This document shows positions 50,506 to 64,000 of a stretch of DNA of 64,000 nt, piece after piece. The notes beneath the pieces were generated by a model. The model was not told the DNA's origin. It ran no database searches and saw only the letters and a list, made by a program, of their open reading frames with translations. How positions within the stretch are numbered: the stretch's first letter is position 1; the number at the start of each line of letters is the position of its first letter. The stretch is from Strigamia acuminata (Eukaryota): the NCBI GenBank assembly GCA_949358305.1, contig OX442314.1:13702001-13766000 (forward strand), in the 5' to 3' direction. A program made the translations under genes and the position numbers.

Positions 50506-53334
50506 TTCCGGCTCAAATAACCACCTGTGTCCAAATAGACGCCTGGGTTCTCAAAAAGATTTAATACTCGAGTGTTTGTTCGGAGTTTATGTGCTGGTTT
50601 CTCGTATCCGTGTTTGTAATTTATAATTTATAATTTGTTTATTATTTTTATTGCCACATGTCATTACTTTTTAATTGTTGTTACTCGTGTTTATTACTTA
50701 TGCATTAACCAGATGAGTGATCAACCCTGTAAAACTTATCGATTTGGCTATAATTTTTTCGTTGGATTCCATCTGTTAGCTCAGCACTTGCATGTCAGAA
50801 TATTTTACGCTTGTGAAATCTCCGTAACTGGATAATTTCCAAAAGAAACCAGTGTTTAGTTCGACAAAAAATCGTACAACTCGACAATTTTATTCTAATT
50901 TGTATAACAAATATTGAACGTTTACAATTATGTACCAATAAATATTTCACCAGAAAAGTAAATTGCTATTTTAAATATATACATTTGCCTGAATTTAAAA
51001 GCAACTTTTCTACCCATCGTAGCATACGCGATGACAATTTCGATTAACACGAGTAAACAACTCTAGATCTCAGATAAATAGCGGCAGTCTTAAAAACAAT
51101 TGATCTAATGCTAATCCAGATTAACCCGACTTAGTGATGTGCAGTAGGAAGTATTACCACAGCAAGGCTTTGCGCTTTAATCAATAAATAACTAATTAAC
51201 AGCAACCAAGTTTATTCCTTGTACGACATTTTTCTATTTTTTTTCCTTTAAATTTCAATTTTCAAAGCAAATAAAAATATTTTTAATTAATATTTACTTA
51301 ATTAAACTCCCATGACAACACAAACAAAAATTACGAAAATTAAAATCATTTTACATATTCCCTTTAAATTCAACATGTTATTTTCAATACTCCATTTCAT
51401 ATGCAAAGTAACTTGAAAACTCCAATGTTACCATACATGAAACCCATATTTGCGAGTGGCAAACAATTCCCGCATCGCAGCGATGGGTATTGTTGCCAGT
51501 GACACATATTCGGGGTCCACTTCCGGTCAGCAGGGACCTTGGTAGCGCACAATTTGCATACAAGAGGGCACTTAAAACGGCCCTCGAGCAATATAAATTG
51601 AAACAAACGACAAAACTCAATTTAAAAAACACACGATCGAAATAAAACACATAATTGCAATCAAATAAACGAAAACACACTTAAATCATTTAGATTTTAC
51701 ATCATACAAACCTTGTCCTCTCGATTACTCAGCTCTTGCACAGAAATCAATGTTCATCCAAACAGGAGGTCCCTTCTCTCCTATCTGCAGCTCCACACTC
51801 CTCATGATTGAGTTGAAGGCTCAACCATATTATCCCCTGATAGGTTTCTGCCAGTGAATATCATTACTGCCCAATAAAGAATACCCACAATGCCCCCAAA
51901 TACCCCTAATCAATCAGCAAAACCCGACCCAACGTTAAGAAAACAGCCAAACTCAAATATCTCTTAACCAACAGAGAAAATAACAAAAAAGCAAAATGAA
52001 AAAGGTATAGTAAACAAATTGGTATCCATGGTTACCTATTCAAGTCTCCCACAAAACCAATGCTCTTGTTTACGGCAATATGTCAGCAGCAGACAAAAAT
52101 TACGTCACAGCTGATCCATACACAATGCCCCTTTCTTTTCCCTCTAAGCTACAATAAAAGCAAAGCCCAAACCAATGCCATTTATTACTACAATGCTCTA
52201 AAAACCCCACACAAACCTCCCCTTAATCCGAAGGGGAAAAAATACAGAAGCTTTGGAGCCTGGGATATTGGGCAAGCAACAACTGACCAAAGATCCCTCA
52301 TCCAAAAGCAAAATGTCCACCAAATAAGAGGCGAAACGAAGCATGAGTGGGAGGAAGAGGAGGAGATATGAGACAGGTCGCGTGTACATGCGATCACACC
52401 ATATTCAAAAGCAATGCTCATCTTTTGTGTCCACTTTGAATAGTCTCTTCTATTCACTGTGTATATTCAACACTCCCTTTACCCCTACCTCGAGAACACC
52501 CCACTCAAGTCTTTGTTAAGTCGCAACTGACACTTGAATACATGTCAGTTTATAGACAGAAACAAACTCTTTGGCACCACGCATCAAGTGGGAACAAAGG
52601 AAGAGCCAAAAATTGCGTGCTTTTGCTCAACTTTCATTTCTTTTTCATATATTTTTCGACATGTTTGTCTTATCACAATCAAATCTTGTCACAACGTTTT
52701 TTGCATAGCAAAGAGAATGTGTTTTGTTTCAATTATACAAAGCTCGATTCTTTTGGACGTTTAAAAAGCTAAACCGGAAGTGCTGTAAATCTAAAACTTA
52801 AAAAATACTAAAATACTAAAAAGTGTTGAGCTTGTTGCAACGAATAAACAGGAAGTGCTGTGAAGATGGCTGTTGTAACACAATTATAGCACCGAGTTCA
52901 ATCGTTGAAAATAGTGAGCTCATTGCGCTCATTGCTCAATAGTTTTGGGGGCAAAAATTTCGGATTGGCACTGCAGATGAGAAGTTACAATAGCGTATTC
53001 CCAAATTCTCCTAGTTAGCTATACGAGCTCAATCACCGAAAAGCGGCGGCTCACTGCGCACATTAGCAGCAGACTAGGACTCAATCAATTTGCAGAAATT
53101 CCGCTATAGTCGAAGTGCCAACTTCCCACACTTTCATTCAAGCTGAAGATTTACATTCCAAATATTTGCCAGTTTCCAGGATATTTGCAGTACGAGATTC
53201 GGAGCTTCTCAAAACACACTGTATGGTGAACTTATGGCCGCATGAAAACCCATTTTGAGGAGAAATGATAACCTTTTGGCAAAATGCATGTCACAATATC
53301 TCTATGCTATACGGGTATTAAGTGACTGTGCATG

Positions 53335-53390
53335 CAGGGCCGACAAGAGAGGGGGAAGTCGGTACAAATTACCTTGGCCCTGAGCCCCAA
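53335..53390 (+). mobile_element. hAT-like left-end fragment
   Basis: Starts cagggccg like 40406, followed by a G-rich segment and ggccctgagcccc. Confidence 0.35.
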
Positions 53391-56300
53391 CTCCGTGCAA
53401 CAAAATGTTTTCACCGGCTTCTTGGTGGAATGCCACTGCAATAGCTTTGATTAGAAGAAACTCGAGAAATATTTTATGGAAAGAATGAAGAATTGTCGCA
53501 TCTCACTTGTTTATTATTAATGTCCATATCATTCATATATGCACACACGTGCATATAGGTTTTCTGATATATAGGTCAAATAAATGCTCACTTCTGATTG
53601 GTTGTTACTGGTTGCAATCAATCGAGACCCAGTGCTGCAAGAATAACGTAAAATGTAGTTGATAAATAAAGTAACAACATTTACCAAAGGTTCGTTCCTT
53701 CTTTGGGAAGAATGAAATTTTATTTTTTTTCCTGTGTCTTTTTCATTCCATTCATATTCATCTAACCAAAGAAAATCTTAAAAAAAAATTGTACAACATA
53801 AAAAAAAAGAATTAACTTTTTTCTTTTTCCGCTTTCATTATGCATAACAAATCACGAATGAAACCTTCAAAAAATCTACGTTATTTTATTCATAACTTAC
53901 ATTACAAAGAAAGAGAGAGCAAGCGAGAAAAAATTCCAATTTTTAAAACTTGTATTAGAAAATTCCAAATCTTTCAAACTAAGTCGACAACCCCAACTTT
54001 TAAACTTTTAGTTTAAAAAATTCCATACGGGCCTAACTCAGTATTAAACATCAGATAAACATCTCAACTATTTCTTTCATAAACATAACCTCATAAAACA
54101 GTCAAAAAATATTGAAACGCACAATTACCTATTCTAAAAGCCCCAATTTATTGCATTTTTATTGCGTACACTATAATACCTCAACTCAACCGTAAAAAAA
54201 AAGTAACATAAACCCTTAGAAAAAATTACAACTCTCAAAAACAAATTTTTTCAAACTTTCCTCGAAAAAAAGAAAAAAAAAAAAAAAAAAAAAAGACTTG
54301 TCAAAAATAAAATCTTGTCAAGTCAGTTTAAAGTGATCACTTATCAAAATTCTCAGACATGCAACCAATCAAGATCCCGACGACCGATTCCAACCGAGAA
54401 TACAATAACCCAATTAGTCGAGCCAAGATGGATGTCTCCTCGCACTACATCATCCCCCTTTTCTCATCCCAAACCCTAACTCATGCACCTGTGAGAAAAT
54501 GCTTCTTCAGCCGCTGCTGAAGGCAACGTTCCTCCCATTTCGCCTTTGGCTCTGTCTCTTAAACAACCCACAGACGAGACTACATTTCAGTCCCTCGGCC
54601 TGACCCTACACAAACAAAACCCTATTCAATTTAAACTGTTTCTATGTCAACTGACTCACCTGCCAAAATTCTCTACGCCACTTTAATTGGGGCCAAGATT
54701 GATATTCGCTGCACTTGACCTCTTCAATTACTCAAATTGAAAAATAAAAATAAAAAAATCAACATTTGGACAAATCGTCAACGGACATTTCGAAACGAAG
54801 TTGACTAATGTCTGTTCCACAATTTTCCTCGAAAACCCAAAGATATTTTAATCATTTTTTCAATTCCATTTTTTTTTCAATTTGAGAACAAAACAAACGA
54901 ACAAACCTCGAGGTGAATTGGCAACCCCAAAACAATTCCAAACCAAATCACCAAAAAAAAAAAAAAATCAACTTTATTCAATTCCCGTATTATTGAAATG
55001 TATCCGAGGTTCCGTAGCAATGGGGTTTCAAATCCCGAGCGATAATTGCGATTACGGCAATTTTTCAACCAATCGTTCTATTTCTGGAGCCGCAACTCGA
55101 AGTAATTGATCGAAATCAATTTAAGAAGCTCGGCGTAAGTGAAACGTAAAAAGTGATTTCATACAAGAACCGCCTTTTCTTCTTAAGTTGTTTTCTTAAG
55201 CATACTTAAGAACATGTTTTCACTTCTTTTTTTTTCTCCTTTTTATTCTTTACCTTTCCCCCCCAAGGAGTAGGGATTGAGGTACATGAACTGTTTATCA
55301 TAAATATTCACTCTTAAGATAATTGCGACCAAAAGCACTCGCAGCAGGAGAGCGGGCAAGCACTCACTCATAAGTCCGGCCGCTTCATTGTCAATACAGC
55401 TGTTATTTGAAATTAGTATAAATGATATAATCCAAACTAAACTACAATACTTGTCACGCTTGTAAATCGCTCCATTTATCCCTTTTATTAAATATTCTTC
55501 ATTCCTTCCTCAATTTCAAACGTCAAGAAGAGAGAAATGTTGAAATAATAAATATAAATTGCTCACTTTTTTTTCTTTTTCTTTTTTTTAGTGCGGAGAC
55601 TTAGAGGCAAATCCCGAGCGCAAACATTGCGATTCCGACTTGTAACTCGCACCTTTCAAACCCGCCTTTGAGTAGCCAAATGCTGCAAATCTCGGGTTTC
55701 ACTCAACATAAGATAGGAGATATACATGAGAACTAGGGAGGTGGAGAAACAGGGCGTTTGGCAGCTCAGTCACTTCTCAAACAGTTGACACTTGTGGCCC
55801 CACCAGGCACCAGCTGTGTCCTCTCTGCCTCTAATAAAGGGACCTAAAAAATATCAATTCCCCCTTAACTTTCTTCAATCTAAGAGCTGGCTAACCGTCA
55901 TTTTATACACTAAAAAAAAAAAATAAAAAAGGAAAAGGAAAAAGAAATTCTATTAAAAAAAACTACAACATGGTGATGATATTCATCTCTTTTGTTTAAT
56001 CTGATTAAAACCGAGCAATAAAAACAACTGAAACGACTGAATAACATCAATATTTAGATATTTTTTTGCTTTTAAATTCATACTTTTCTTTTTATGTTTA
56101 ATTAAAAAACATACGCAACTGGCAATAAGTGGAACAAATCCGTCTGGTCAGTGTGGTGACTACACCACAACTTCAACCTGGGGTTGCTATGGATACATGC
56201 GTAAACTTGTGCAACAGAAAAGAAAAAATTCGTTTTCCATCGATAATTTTATATTCCTTGCTTATCATCACATCATTTAATTTTAATCCACTTCTGGCAA

Positions 56301-57185
56301 TTGATAAAATTAAATCCCAATCACCCGATAAAACAATCAAAACTCCACATTTCTAACCCCAATTTCCAATACCCCACATGCAACTCGCCCAAACTCCAAT
56401 CCACATTCACTTTCAACATGAGAAACAAGTCGAATGACCTCCCAACTTGAACTCTTGACTATCCCTAAACACGCAATCACCCCAAGGTCCATTTCATCCA
56501 GTGGCATCTCTGACACATTAACATCGCGTCCCATGAACGGGATTGTGCTCATTTACTCGCCTTCTTTTTTCGCCCAGTCATGCTGCGACTATCAAAAATG
56601 ACAGATAAGGCTTCTCGATCATTATCTCCTCACCCCCTCCTGCCCAACTTAACTCCACGACCCATTTCTCCCCACCATCACTCGTCCCGGGGGTCCCGCT
56701 CCACTCACTACCGTCCATTTATCGCTGCCAACGACTAATGCATTTAAGCTAAATTAATGTCCATACTGTTAAATAATCAAAACCTAAATCACCACAACAA
56801 TGCGCAGCCAAAACAAAACAACATTTTAATGCAAAGAGGAAATTTGTCCGCACAAAACCCACTCAATGCCAAGTCGGCAACCTCCGAACGAGCGCCCGTG
56901 TCGCTCTCGTAACACGAGCCGAACGACGAGCTCATTCCTCCACAGGTAAGTAAAGAAACGAGGGGGAAAGCAAAACACCTCGGGATGAAAATGAGGGGAG
57001 GGATGAAATCTACCGCTGCCCCATAGAATTTTATGAGTCCAGAGGGGTGTGAATCGAATGGCACGCAGCACGAGCAACCTCAAACTATACATTTCAAAGC
57101 CACAAAGCAGTGTAATGAAACATTCTTCATTCTTCAACTCGTAATGCCAACAGGAGAAATTACGAGCAGCACCTCGTAAAGATGA

Positions 57186-57229
<44 letters not shown>
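57186..57229 (+). repeat. (GA)n microsatellite
   Basis: About 22 AG units with one interruption. Confidence 0.97.
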
Positions 57230-57230
<1 letters not shown>

Positions 57231-57577
57231 CCTAGAGTGCCATCACTTGAACGGAAGGAAAGGGAGGAAGTAACTTTATCCTTCGTAAATCCAATGATTC
57301 CAATCGAGATATATTTTTCAATTACAATACTCGAGCTAGAAAAATCCCCAAAAAATCCCTCTGCTTCAATTAGGATTTCCTTTGGTCGAATTAACCCTTT
57401 TTGTGGGCTTTAATTATCCGCTACTTTCCATTCGACGTCGCCAGACGATTAATTGCACGCCTGTATCTCCTAACGTCAAGGGTTTTGTTAAGACCGCCTT
57501 TGTAAATGCTCAAACGCAGTGAAGAGGCTGCAAAAATCACGGTTTTAACAATGTATCTTCAAAGAACACACTGAAGC

Positions 57578-57642
57578 CAGTGGTTCTCAAACTTTTTAGC
57601 ATCACGACCCACTTTTTAGAAAGGCAATCTATCGCGATCCAC
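57578..57642 (+). mobile_element. hAT-Charlie-like left end (solo)
   Basis: cagtggttctcaaacttttt followed by cgacccac and cgatccac subterminal motifs; no right end seen. Confidence 0.6.
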
Positions 57643-60600
57643 TTCATCCTCGGCGCATTGAGTTTTTTCATTTCATATTTATAATGGTCTAATTTTGTAT
57701 ATTCCGAACAGGATTTTACATGGTCGAAAACTAGAAGCAGCAGTGGTAAAAGCTCGACATTATTAGTCACACCTGTGGCGTCATCATTTTCACGTTTATG
57801 GAGCTTTTAAGGCAGCAGGGGAAGGCAAATAAAACGTGGCGCACAATCTAATTACACAAACTAATGATTAGGTTTTAAACCAAACAACACGTTGAAAGGC
57901 TGACAACTCGGTGAAGACACACCCATGCGAGCTCTACATCTCTCTCTCTCGGCTGCAAAAATAGTGACTTATAACATCTCATGCCTCTTGATAATTCCTC
58001 CATCAAACTAAAAGAGCTGTTTGAATATTTTATAAACATTGCTGCAATTTTCCACTCTCCCTAAAAATAATACTTTTGTATTTTTAATCACCCGACAACT
58101 GCATCACAGTTCGCATAGTAAAGAGAAAAAAGCAATTTCCTCTTTAGGCAAAAAAATTCCAGCCCGCCATTTAATCATTCGCGTCTCAAATGTCATTTTA
58201 CTCGCATCACTTTCGCCAATAATGTAATAGTGAAAATTGAAACAAATAAATTCACTGCAGACTCAACTGATCAAATAAACTCAAATCGGATGAAAACAAT
58301 CAAGTTGCTCAATCGAGTTGCACGTTTAAACAAATTTACTTTCGCGTTTCCTTTCAATAGCAAAACGTTGCAATTAATTAATTCCATTAATTTACAAAAA
58401 CTGTTTCCACCCTATTGTTGTAAATTGGCAAAACTTCAAGCCACGTTAATCTTACGAGGCAGTATTTGGACCATTGCTGGGCACCCAAATGGTTTACTTG
58501 AACCAAATTGCGAGGCAATCTCGAGGTAACATCCCGGTTCGAGTGAGTGGTCATTGCTGGTCTCTCGGTCCGCAACTTACCAATGAGGTGTTAACGCACA
58601 TTTCTGCTCACTTGGTTTTATTAAAGGAAATTATACGCACATTTAAAACAATTATTATCATTTCACTTTAAAAAGACAGTTTAGCGCCATTCGAAAGCTC
58701 ATTTAGACTAAACACCATTTTTAAACAACATATCGAATTAACAAACCTCCTCTTGTTTACTCTCAGAGCTTCGAATGGCAAATTTGTTATTCATTTCATC
58801 TGGTCAGCTTAACCTCAAGGTTTTCTCAATTTAACCTCAAAAATGGTGACCGGTTTAGCTGTACCTTAATAAATTTCTAATTTAAAAAAATTTAAAAAGT
58901 ACAATTTATAATGTTTTCTTTAATTAGCACTGACAATTTTTCCACCATGTACACCTTTGCTTAACTTAAACAATTCGACTTGCGAACACTTTCTCGAAAC
59001 TGATCTCCCCGCATGTAGGGAACTTACTGTATAGATATTTTCACTTAAAAAATAACATTCATCCAAAATTTATCCCGTCTGTGAACATTCCTTTCATTCT
59101 ACTGTTTTAATATTACTTCCTTCACCTGTTCCCAAAACCCCTTTCTTTAAAACAAAAAAAGAAGGGGATTCACCTCAAACCTATTTCAACATATTCTTTC
59201 CCTTAAATTTTCAAACATATTCCATTCCATTTCTCTCACTTTCCTATTTTTCTTCTCACTTTTTCCGAAAAAAGGTGACAGCTGCTACACCCCACGACTC
59301 AAATTCTAAAGCACACGACGACTCGCATCAGGCAAAGAAATGTGCCCGCACCATCTGACCTTCTGACGGACATTTCAATCTTTCAATCTCAAGTGTCAAT
59401 CGCCCCCTTCAGTAAAATCCCATCCCCAAAAGAAATATACGGCCATATTACTGCAAATTGAACCATCATCCAATCTCGCATCGCGTCAATTAAAACCACG
59501 ACAGAAAATCCCCACCCCGAACGCCCGAACTAAGCAACACCATATGGCATTTTATGGTGTTTTACAGCCCCCCTTCGACAAGCAACCAACACGGAGGTGC
59601 AGCAAAAGACCTACTCACCTCCAGGCCACTAAATCCGTCCCATTCAAAAGCAATCAGCGACAGCACAAAAGGCACACAATATTCCAGACTCGAAGCCTTC
59701 AAAAATGCCCTCAGCTGGTGGTAGGGGAAAAGGCGAGAAAGACCACGGACCTACGACGACTCACCTCACCTCACAATACCTTCTTATACAGTGGAATTCC
59801 AAACCTCCACCTGCTTCAAAAACTAACCAGTCCAAGGCGGGCGGAGCACAGTTCAAATCCAAATTAAATCGACATCGCTTTCATGAATATATTGATTCAA
59901 CTCGCAACTTCTGAACATTTCACATTCAAACTTAACACACGCTCTCCATTTTAGCGTAGAATCAATAAACCTAACTCTGATTCAGCAACATTCCTAATGT
60001 GTTGATTTTGCTTTTTCCTTTTTCCATTCGAAGTTCTTGTATTTGTACATCACCGAAATATCACCGACACCGATTATCGTATTCTACTTTACCCAGAACG
60101 GTTTAATTCCGTAGAATGAAGTAAAATGAAGCAAAATCTTGATTATACTAAGTAAAATTTGAATCGCAGTATTAAATAAATAGAATGCCGTACGTGATTT
60201 AAAAGATGTTTGTTGTTGTTCGAGTGAATAAGCGAAATATGATTATCCTTTTTTTTATTACCCGTGTTTGTCTTCCCCTCTTTTTTCCCCGTTACAAGGA
60301 CACAGGTTATGTGGAGGTTAGGGTGGGGTCGGGGAGCGCGTCGAGTTCATTTTATTTTCATTCAGAGTGTACGGCCCAGGAATTGGGAATGAGAAAAGTT
60401 CTACGCGAAACGAATAGAACGGGCAAAGCAATAAGCAGGCATTTTTAGATATGAGACCACGCTCCGTACTATCTTTCAATCATAAGAAGATTCCAACGCA
60501 CACATGGCATGTATATATACATATACACACGTACCGCACAGCAGCGCACGCACAATGACGCCATAAAGTGTAGCGCAACCTTTCACGAGGACTCGTTTTA

Positions 60601-63600
60601 TATCCCTCATGAGACCCTGACACGTACACACACTATTGACGAGCCCAATTACGAAAATTGGAGAGCCCATACACACAAGAATGGCGACAACTTGTTAGTG
60701 AAGGTGCCAAAAACACATCCTTAAACTTCATGAGACAAGACATTCTCTTCGGGGAGCTGTAAAAATTGCGGTTTAAAAATAAATAAAAAAACAAATTCAT
60801 CCTAGGCTTAATTCGCTTTAAACTTTTCGAAACAATTTAGCAAATATTGAAACTGACTACACAGTAGCGCAACCACCGCTGAAAGCAGGGGGGTTCGCGC
60901 AAGGGTACATCTGCAACTCCCCTTGATTTACCAGTAAAAACAAATAAAATATTCCTCCCGGTCATTTATTTTCATCTAAAAACGCATTTATGCACATAAG
61001 AAACGCATTTATGCATCTAAAAAAACGTATTTTCACATCCAAACATTTTCTTTTCTTCCAAAAATTCATTTATAACCCTAAAAGCCACTGAAATCCTTTA
61101 AGATTCAACTATCCAGCTAAATTTGTAAATTAATTTTTGATTGTGTCTGTGCGACTACAGATTGAAGCGATTTTAAACCACACAGAACAAACTCAATTTT
61201 CATTGGTTAAATATTACATTTTTCAGCTTGTTATTCCACAACACAGTTCGCAAATTTATCTCCTCCTGTTACGAATGAATAATCTCGCAAACACGATACG
61301 GCTCAAATGTTTTACCTGCCACTTTTTAAAGCTAACTCCCAACTCTCCGACTCCAACTCAAACGTGCTGCAATGCGTGTCTCATTTTGTAAAAGGACAAC
61401 CTCCCCTTCTCTCTTTCATTTCTCCCCTTGTCCAGCATGGTGGCAAGCAGCAGTTATAAAGCCGGCTCGACTGGCTCGATTTTCCACTCGACTGAAACGT
61501 TGATTTTTCGTCCTTAACAACAACACAAGCGCCACAGTTTCTGCCATTCTTCTGCCCTCCCAAAACCCAGGCTCTAATTCCACAAAAACACTTGCGTGAC
61601 TCGACGCTACAAAACCCCCACGTTACCCCAATTTTCCACCAAAAACGCACTTTTTAATAACTCCCGAGAGATGCACAAATAATCATTACATTATTACAAT
61701 CCCATACTCACAGCTGGATGCTAAAAACCGAGCGATTGTATGGATATTTAGTGAAAACAAGTTTGAGAAAAATCATGCAGTGTAATGACCTTATTCCAAA
61801 TGCTCATCTTCGTCTACATTCAGAAATCCACTCTGAATAATCAGTGCGATTTGATTTACACGTTAAAAGTAGCGGGCTTAACACAACACTTGGCGACAGG
61901 AGTAATGGACTTTAAAAGTCGACTCAACTCTTCGGCTCGGCAAGGATAATACCCGACTTGTTTTAAGAAGCAAGAAAACTAATGTTTCAACTCAAATTAC
62001 ACGGTGCGCATAAATGAACGACATGGCCTCCAGGCGTCAGCACATTTTGATAAGAGGGCGGGTTTCGAGAGCACAAACGTCACTTTATCTTCTCCATCTT
62101 CAGCACCACGGGTATTTACAAAACATTACACACTTAAAAGGGGCAAACTTAAGCTCATCGAGTTTCATCCTGCACATTTTCTTCTTTACTCAAACCCCGA
62201 AAAAAAATTTCCTCCGAGATAAAAATAAAATAATAAAACTATATTTTTCAACAACAAAAAAAAAAAAATTAATTTTTTTTTTCGAACCGTCGAAGCGCAG
62301 AACTCGGAACATGAAACAACCAACCTGGTTGTGGTCGGGGTGAGCGGTGCGGAATGATGCCAAATAGTACGCCCGCATGTATTTCTCCGTCTTTTATTTT
62401 TATAATATGCAAAAGCGGGGCAAAAAATAAAAAATAAGAAAAAAAAAAATTAAAACAGAAGCAGAGATGCCAAGTTGCTATTTACTCGTCCTCGACTCAT
62501 AAAAGATTCAAATCGACACAGAACACACGCTTCGCTGCCATGTTTGCTCGCTCATATAACACAAAGATTGAAGTAAATGTATGTTGGATCAAGAGTTATT
62601 ACATATTGAAGGAAAAAAAACACGACCTGTTTCCCGAAGAAGTTTGCAGAAGGCGACGGTAAAAGTTGTTTTAAATATTTACAACAAAATAAACAAACAA
62701 AGTAATATTGCCCATCCCGAATTCAATTTTTACAAGTTGAAAAAAATTTAAAATAAACATCAAGAATTAAAATTCGTGACAGAAACACGGTTGGAATTAA
62801 CTATAAAAATTAATTAAACTTGTAATTATCAATAGTCATCGACCGGTCGACGAGCTTCGAACTCGCGGCAATGAATCAAAACTGCGCGGCGGAACCGGTC
62901 CGGATGGAAATTGGAGGTTTTTTGAGTTAAAAGATGGATTTAAAAAATGTTTACCTTGTGTTTTGCTGTTGATGGACATGACGTTGTATACCATTCCAAG
63001 AATCATGCGTGTTTTCCGATGATGTGCACCGTTAAAAGCCACATTCAACTCATATAAAACACGCGCCGATAAGCAAAGCCTACATCACGAGCAACTCCAC
63101 GCTCCCCACTAAACGATGAACTTGGTCGCCGCTCACAACCGCGGTTCAGCGCTGCTGCCGATGCTCCTCTCTGATTGGTAGAAATTAATTTTCTGTAAAA
63201 ATCGTTTAAAATTATAAAATTATAATCAAAATAATTCCATTTCATTTATCATCCATCTTTTCTAACTTTATTCTCCACAAAAATAATAAATAAAAACTAA
63301 ATCGTGTGCGGTCCGTTCAAAATGGCCGTTTGTTTACATATCAGCTGTGAGTGTAGCCAGCGAGAAAACACAACAAACCATCACCGCATTCAGCAAAGGT
63401 AGCGTAATAATATCGATTCCTTTTCACTCAACTTAAACCACTCAATTTGTTGACACACTGCGATAAATTTATTTTATCTTTCATTACATTATATTCGTAT
63501 TACTAAAAAAAAACTGTGAAACGAGCCATAATGTAGCTTTATTACCTTCCCTTGTCGGATACGAAAAACCTTAAACTTCAATCAGTAAAAAAAATTATGT

Positions 63601-64000
63601 AAAAGTATAAATTATACCTGTCGACACTTAAAGGATCACACCAATGACACTCCAACCCTCACTATGCCCTTATCAAAATTTATTTTCCCATTAACCCTTT
63701 AGATTTATAGCTAATAAAAATACACCCTTAAAAAATCAACGTATACAAAATCCCATGAGACAAGCCTAATTCCTTCATAAGTAAAACTTATGGTAGAGAG
63801 GGGGTCAAGTGAAATACACAAAATGAGTTGGGTAGTTTCACTCGCCTTAATTTGAGGCGAATAAAACAGTAATTGCTTTTGATATGAGTTGTAAGAGAAG
63901 GGCCAGTTATTGCTTTTCCCAAGCGAGTCTGATGTTTCCTGCAGATAATAATTTAATCATTTCAAAATGACACAACCCGCAAAGACTTAATACCCGTCTC

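Noticed and set aside
17884..54665. A systematic series of recursive splice sites (for example 17889, 38864, 54660)
   Set aside because: Each has either a weak pyrimidine tract or a weak donor, and similar motifs are about as common on the + strand.
60862..61090. hAT MITE bounded by cagtagcg and gccactg
   Set aside because: The TIR match is too short and the flanking 8-mers do not match.
134..63245. The six-frame ORFs as protein-coding genes
   Set aside because: All are 125 aa or shorter, many are K/F-rich translations of A/T tracts or repeats, and none shows a domain I recognise.
1..64000. Conserved miRNAs (miR-10, miR-993, iab-4/8, let-7, miR-1, miR-7, miR-9, miR-279), snRNAs and 5S rRNA
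   Set aside because: Only short seed-length matches found by eye; an Rfam or MirGeneDB search would be decisive.

Overview
AT-rich eukaryotic, metazoan-looking, essentially non-coding DNA. None of the 60-125 aa ORFs resembles a protein family I recognise, and I find no rRNA, tRNA, CRISPR array or autonomous transposase. The + strand is visibly A- and C-rich over most of the window, as expected inside a long intron transcribed on the - strand (inference). The AT-rich background is broken by GC-richer islands of 100-500 bp, some with Exd/Pbx-Hox and Hth/Meis-type motifs. The best-supported features are non-autonomous DNA transposons (MITEs): two copies of a pogo/Tigger-like MITE (14950-15078, 26269-26452), Tc2-like CCGTA-ended elements, two GTTTACATG-ended elements, a hAT MITE (40406-40593), and a two- or three-layer nested cluster (about 42911-43650). 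There is also an 80-bp inverted repeat with perfect 38-bp arms (31388-31467) and several minisatellites. The leads most worth testing are candidate - strand exons (a 9-nt microexon at 12365-12373, a 53-nt exon at 42460-42512, a 117-codon terminal exon at 23835-24189) and a + strand hairpin at 7326-7418. I cannot support a claim of a new biological system from this sequence alone. The organism and host gene are not identifiable by eye.
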